This document shows, in pieces, positions 39,324-43,540 of a stretch of DNA of 43,540 nt. This stretch comes from Atractiella rhizophila (taxonomy: Eukaryota). The DNA is taken from contig MU271390.1 of NCBI GenBank assembly GCA_021432655.1, positions 32,186 through 75,725 of the forward strand, in the 5' to 3' direction. Made by a program: the position numbers and the translations under genes. How positions within the stretch are numbered: position 1 is the first letter of the stretch; each line of letters opens with the position of its first letter. The notes under the pieces were generated by a model, which was given only the letters and a program-made list of their open reading frames with translations, made no database searches and was not told the DNA's origin.

Positions 39324-40224
39324 GGGCAGCGCTTTATCGTGCCTTAGCAGCCGTCACGAAAGATAAAGATAATAACTCGCTTTCGCTTTGCTTTTTCTTT
39401 CGATCAGGAAAAATTTGGTTCCTTTCGGCGATACATTGTGCGTATGACCGACACTAGCACTTGCACACTCCAGTGAAGACTTTTCAAGTTGTGCTTTGGA
39501 TAATTAGCGGATGTGCTTTGAACCTTCGCGGCCTCTTACAGTATAAGCTGCAGCTGCAGCAGAGCGGATGACACCGCGAATCGTGTGGCTTCTGAAGCGA
39601 GAGATGGTTTCGGCTGAGCATTCAAAAGGTCACAACAACATTCCTTCAACTTGAAGTGAGAATCTTAGAGTGACACCCTCTCCCGGAAGACGCAGAAAGC
39701 CGTTGTTTCTTTATGGAACTGTTTCGTTACTGTGATGAGGAAGAGATGATTGCCGCCCAAATCCAGCGGACCAGTCTTGGCCGTACCCTGGGATGGTGAC
39801 ACATTTTAATGCCTTCGTTCGCCTCCGTGTGACAAGACTTTCTCTCCCTTCCTCCCAAGCATGTAGGGACGCTGTCGAGATCGAGTGTTGATCTAATCCG
39901 CTCTAATCATGCCTCCAATCCCCAAATCACAGGAATTGCACCGTTATTCAGACCAGAACACCGAAGTATGGAACATTCAACTTCAATTTTGAGCGATGGT
40001 CGATGGTTGGAACATATCTTTTCGTCGCCCGAGTCCCATGATTTAAAGGCCATCGTTCCAATTCATTCCTCTCCTCCCAGGATAGACTGATCCATTCGCC
40101 TCCTCCACTCCCTTTCTCTTTCGTCGTGCATTGCAGCCTTCGCAGACCAGTACTTCTTTCTGTTCCGTAGCAGTCCCTACTCTCGCTTTCATACACTATC
40201 GTTTATCAAATCGTTGCCGTCAAC

Positions 40225-41525
40225 ATGCCTTCTTCCTTTAATCTCAATTTCTTGACTATTTCCCTTATCGCAACCCTCTCCTCGGTTGTGAATGGCTATA
40301 TTCCCGTCGGTGGTCCGCCTTGTACAGTCCTTGGAGCACCTTGCAACTGTCGGTTTCTCACATGCTAGCTCTTCTCCTTCAACAGCTGATGGAGGAAGTT
40401 AGTTCAATATGATTTCGATGGGAGCACTTTCACTGTCGATGCTTTTTGTGGAGGTTCGTTCGATCCTCGCCCTCTTTTTCTGATACTGAACGCATACGCG
40501 TAGGATCTGGAACCGATCTTTTTTGCGCTGGTGCGTGTTAAGATTTGCCCCGAAAAAATGGCACAAACCCCTCTGGCAGATAATGGCGCTCCTTGTGCTG
40601 AGGATGGTGATTGCTACAGTTCGTTTCCTCTCTTTCCTTGTTAAATTTTCTTTCACGCTGACACGTATCGCAGATTCGTGCGTCTCCTATTTGTTCACCG
40701 ATCTACATTACTGTGACGGTTGATTCCTCCTCAGTTGTGGAACAACGGATGGCGTTTGCGGTGCGTCTTTCCACCTTTTCTCGAAGACTAAGTGACCGGT
40801 TCTTGGAATTAGGTGGCGTCGGTAAGATTGTTAAATCCCATCACGAATTCTCCACTGATCCTCGACCTCCTAAAGGTGCTGCATGCAACACTCAAGGTAT
40901 GTTCTCCATTCTCCTCTTTCATGATTTCACACTTCCATAGATCCATTTGAACACGAGCAAGTGGGTACTTTCTCTCATCTCAAAGGTGCAGCTGAGCGGG
41001 AAACAGTTGGAAACAGCCTGCAACACGCCGGGTGCGCCACCTCTCTCTCCTTATCTGCTTGCTCTTATTAACTCTCTTTCTCCATTGAAAGGTGCCATCT
41101 GTTCCACCGACGGTGGCGTTACAGGCGTCTGCCTCGACGCCGTCTCAGCCGCCGGCCGTAGGACTCGTTCCCTGCGTGAAAGGGACACTCGGTACCAATT
41201 GGCTTTGAACTACTGCGGTGGCGGCGGTAAGCAGGTCTGTGAGATCAACGGAAAGTTCGAATGTGTGGACACGTTCAACTCGCTCGAATACTGCGGTGGC
41301 TGTCCCGGTTCAAAGGTGCTCTCGAGGAAAAGAGGACTTGTTGGGGAGTGGACCGATTGCATGAATTTAGAAGGCGCTGACGATGTGGCATGTGTTGCTG
41401 GTGGATGTGTTATCAGTACGCCTTGCTTCCCTCTTTAGAGCTTGATCAAATTGATGAATTATGCATGGATAGATACTTGTGTTGACGGTTTCATGCTCTT
41501 CGACAATACTTGTATCCGAATCTAA
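40225..41525 (+). CDS. Secreted cysteine-rich CPL1/priA-like protein with many small exons
   Basis: Signal peptide MPSSFNLNFLTISLIATLSSVVNG; C-terminal FECVDTFNSLEYCGGC...DCMNLEGADDVACVAGGCVI..CVDGF. Confidence 0.8.
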
Positions 41526-43091
41526 ACATGGTTCGTCCATCCTGCTCACATTATTTGTACTTCCTGACTTATATGCGGTTTCGCCAGGAGATACCTCATG
41601 CCATGCTAAGCGCGACAGTCAGGACAGGTTTCTACATCGTTCGCTCCTTCTTTGCTTCCAATTTCTCTTCCCTTTGATGTTCGATTTATCTCCCTGCCCT
41701 TTCTCCTGGCCTACTTGTCAAAGGCAATAATATTCAGATAGGATGTACTGTCTCAATCGTGTTGGATTAGAATGACTCTTTTCACCAAAAAGCTTTGATC
41801 TACCATTTCCGAAAGATACTGTAGCAAAGATTTGTCCACTGCAGTTTATGGCTCATGGCAATGCCACATAAGGTCCATCGATATGTCGACAATCGCCGTG
41901 CTTTGGGTCTGTATTTTTCCTCTCTGCTCATCTAGTAATTCCTATATTCTTTCCCGTGTTCGAAATTATCAACTCAATGAAAACGAAAGCCGATGAAAGA
42001 AAACTGACATTGGCAGACTATCAATCAGAAAGAGTAACTGTGAAGATCTGTAACTCTGACGCAATAACACGTTCTTGTGTCAATGGGTTCCCTATTAGGA
42101 GTTGCCGCTAGTATTCGTCTTCGCCACACCGTGCCTTCCCAGTATCCGTCAACTGCAACATTGCTTTCTTGAACGGAACTGCTCGCGAACCATGGCGTTG
42201 AGACCATTAAAGACTGATCTAAACCGACTGCTTGCAACAATTATCTTGATTCCTAATTAAGAAGGAAGACATTGAGAAAAAGTGAATCTTGAAATGGATG
42301 GAAAGGCAGGCCATGAAAATGAGTGACGACCCGCCTGTCTCTTGATCAAGGCAGAGGCGGAGCATAGTAGCTTGGTTATTGCCTTTGGAAACCGTCGTCG
42401 CAGCAAGTCTCGTTGTTCATCAGGTGAGAATCAATCGTCGACGGCAGCGCGTATATCTGGAATCAAATCAGGAAGGTGCTTCAATATGACTGGAACAACT
42501 ATCGGTGAGAGTACTGAGAGGCAGATTTGGGTCAGGACTGGAACTGTTACCGAATCTGTTATCGTGTGACGGGATGGAGTTATGCAGGGGGAGTGAAGCC
42601 ATTCTGTTTGTACTCGGTGCGCCAGCTCACTGACATGATGAACAACGAATAGGACGCTTGAAGAACGGATGCTTACGACGTTTAGGTATTGAGGTCTAGA
42701 TCCTCGCAGCATTTGAGAAGCGGGAAAGGTATTACTCTCATCATGGCTAGGAAATGGCGAGAATGGGAAGAGAGACTGTCTTCTGCTCCCTCCCTGCATT
42801 CTCTTTTCTAGAAAACAATTCGGGTGCCACTTCCAAATGAGAGGAGGTCATGTTCTTCCTGGTCTTCAAAATGAATACTCTTCCAGCTAAACTTGAGGAT
42901 TGTGGGCTAGTAAACAGCTTGGGTACAGATTTCTCTCCCACGAACTTGGAAGTATGGGTCCTATTGTATCCAAGATGAGATGAATCTTGTTATTCCGTAT
43001 AGCCATGTCATATGCCATATCCAAGCTAAGACATATCAAATCAAACATAATGCTCACATCACATCTTCGCGCTGAAGTGTCCCACCATCAA

Positions 43092-43540
43092 TCACATCGC
43101 CTCACCCTCCACCTCTTCTCTCAAAGACGATCCATGCTTCTCTCCCCACACCCTCGCAGCCGGGCTCCTATATTCCCACTCGTTCAAACCCAAACCCAAG
43201 AACTCCGCCGCTCGCTGGCTTTTCGGCGTCATCATCACTCCGTTCATGCTCGGCGGTTGATACGCATGCTGTTGTTGTTGTATGGGGTGAGGGGGAGAAG
43301 ACGTGCGGAAGTGTTGGAGGGCGGTCGTGGTTGAATAGACGATGAGGCCAGCCATGAGCAGAATAAAGACCTAATCCAGCACGTTCCTCCCTTCAAAAAT
43401 GTCGTCACAGCCAATAAGAACATACAAAGCTTTTCCACGACACTGTGTCCACGAACCCATTCACTGTCTCACCCACAACCATCGCCAACAATCTCGCTGT
43501 CCCCACCGCTTCCGGATCCTGGTGCATGCACCTTTCCCAA
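43092..43540 (-). CDS. Brl1/Brr6 nuclear envelope protein, 3' end (partial)
   Basis: WERCMHQDPEAVGTARLLAMVVGETVNGFVDTVSWKSF|VFILLMAG (Cys motif followed by a TM segment). Confidence 0.8.

Noticed and set aside
43495..43510. Suspected homopolymer frameshift in the Brl1/Brr6 gene
   Set aside because: A recount shows the frame is continuous (EAVGTARLL).
12772..43540. Functional cluster of chromosome (DCC1, SCM3, RTC4, BRL1) or ribosome genes
   Set aside because: The genes are interspersed with unrelated housekeeping genes, and there is no evidence of non-random clustering.

Overview
A gene-dense, intron-rich (mostly 45-60 nt GT-AG introns) fungal nuclear region, most likely from a basidiomycete (inferred from intron style and gene families). 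About 22 genes can be modelled: CYT1 (3' end), uS15m, a PX-BAR sorting nexin, uS9m, HEM2, a damaged or truncated sulfite reductase beta (MET5), DCC1, ILV5, SCM3-like, RPL3, PNO1, RTC4-like, DUF2015, DSC4-like, TSR4, a secreted CPL1/priA-like protein, BRL1/BRR6 (3' end) and several hypotheticals. Notable points: (1) a ~1.17-kb intron, about 20x the local norm, that appears to fold into nested long helices and is a candidate intron-encoded structured RNA; (2) three tandem duplications (exact 222 bp in uS9m, diverged ~1.2 kb at ILV5 and in SCM3), with the ILV5 one looking like two concatenated alleles; (3) small indels in conserved motifs of HEM2, MET5 and RTC4-like, plus a missing MET5 C-terminus. 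Family calls come from motif recognition by eye, not from database searches.
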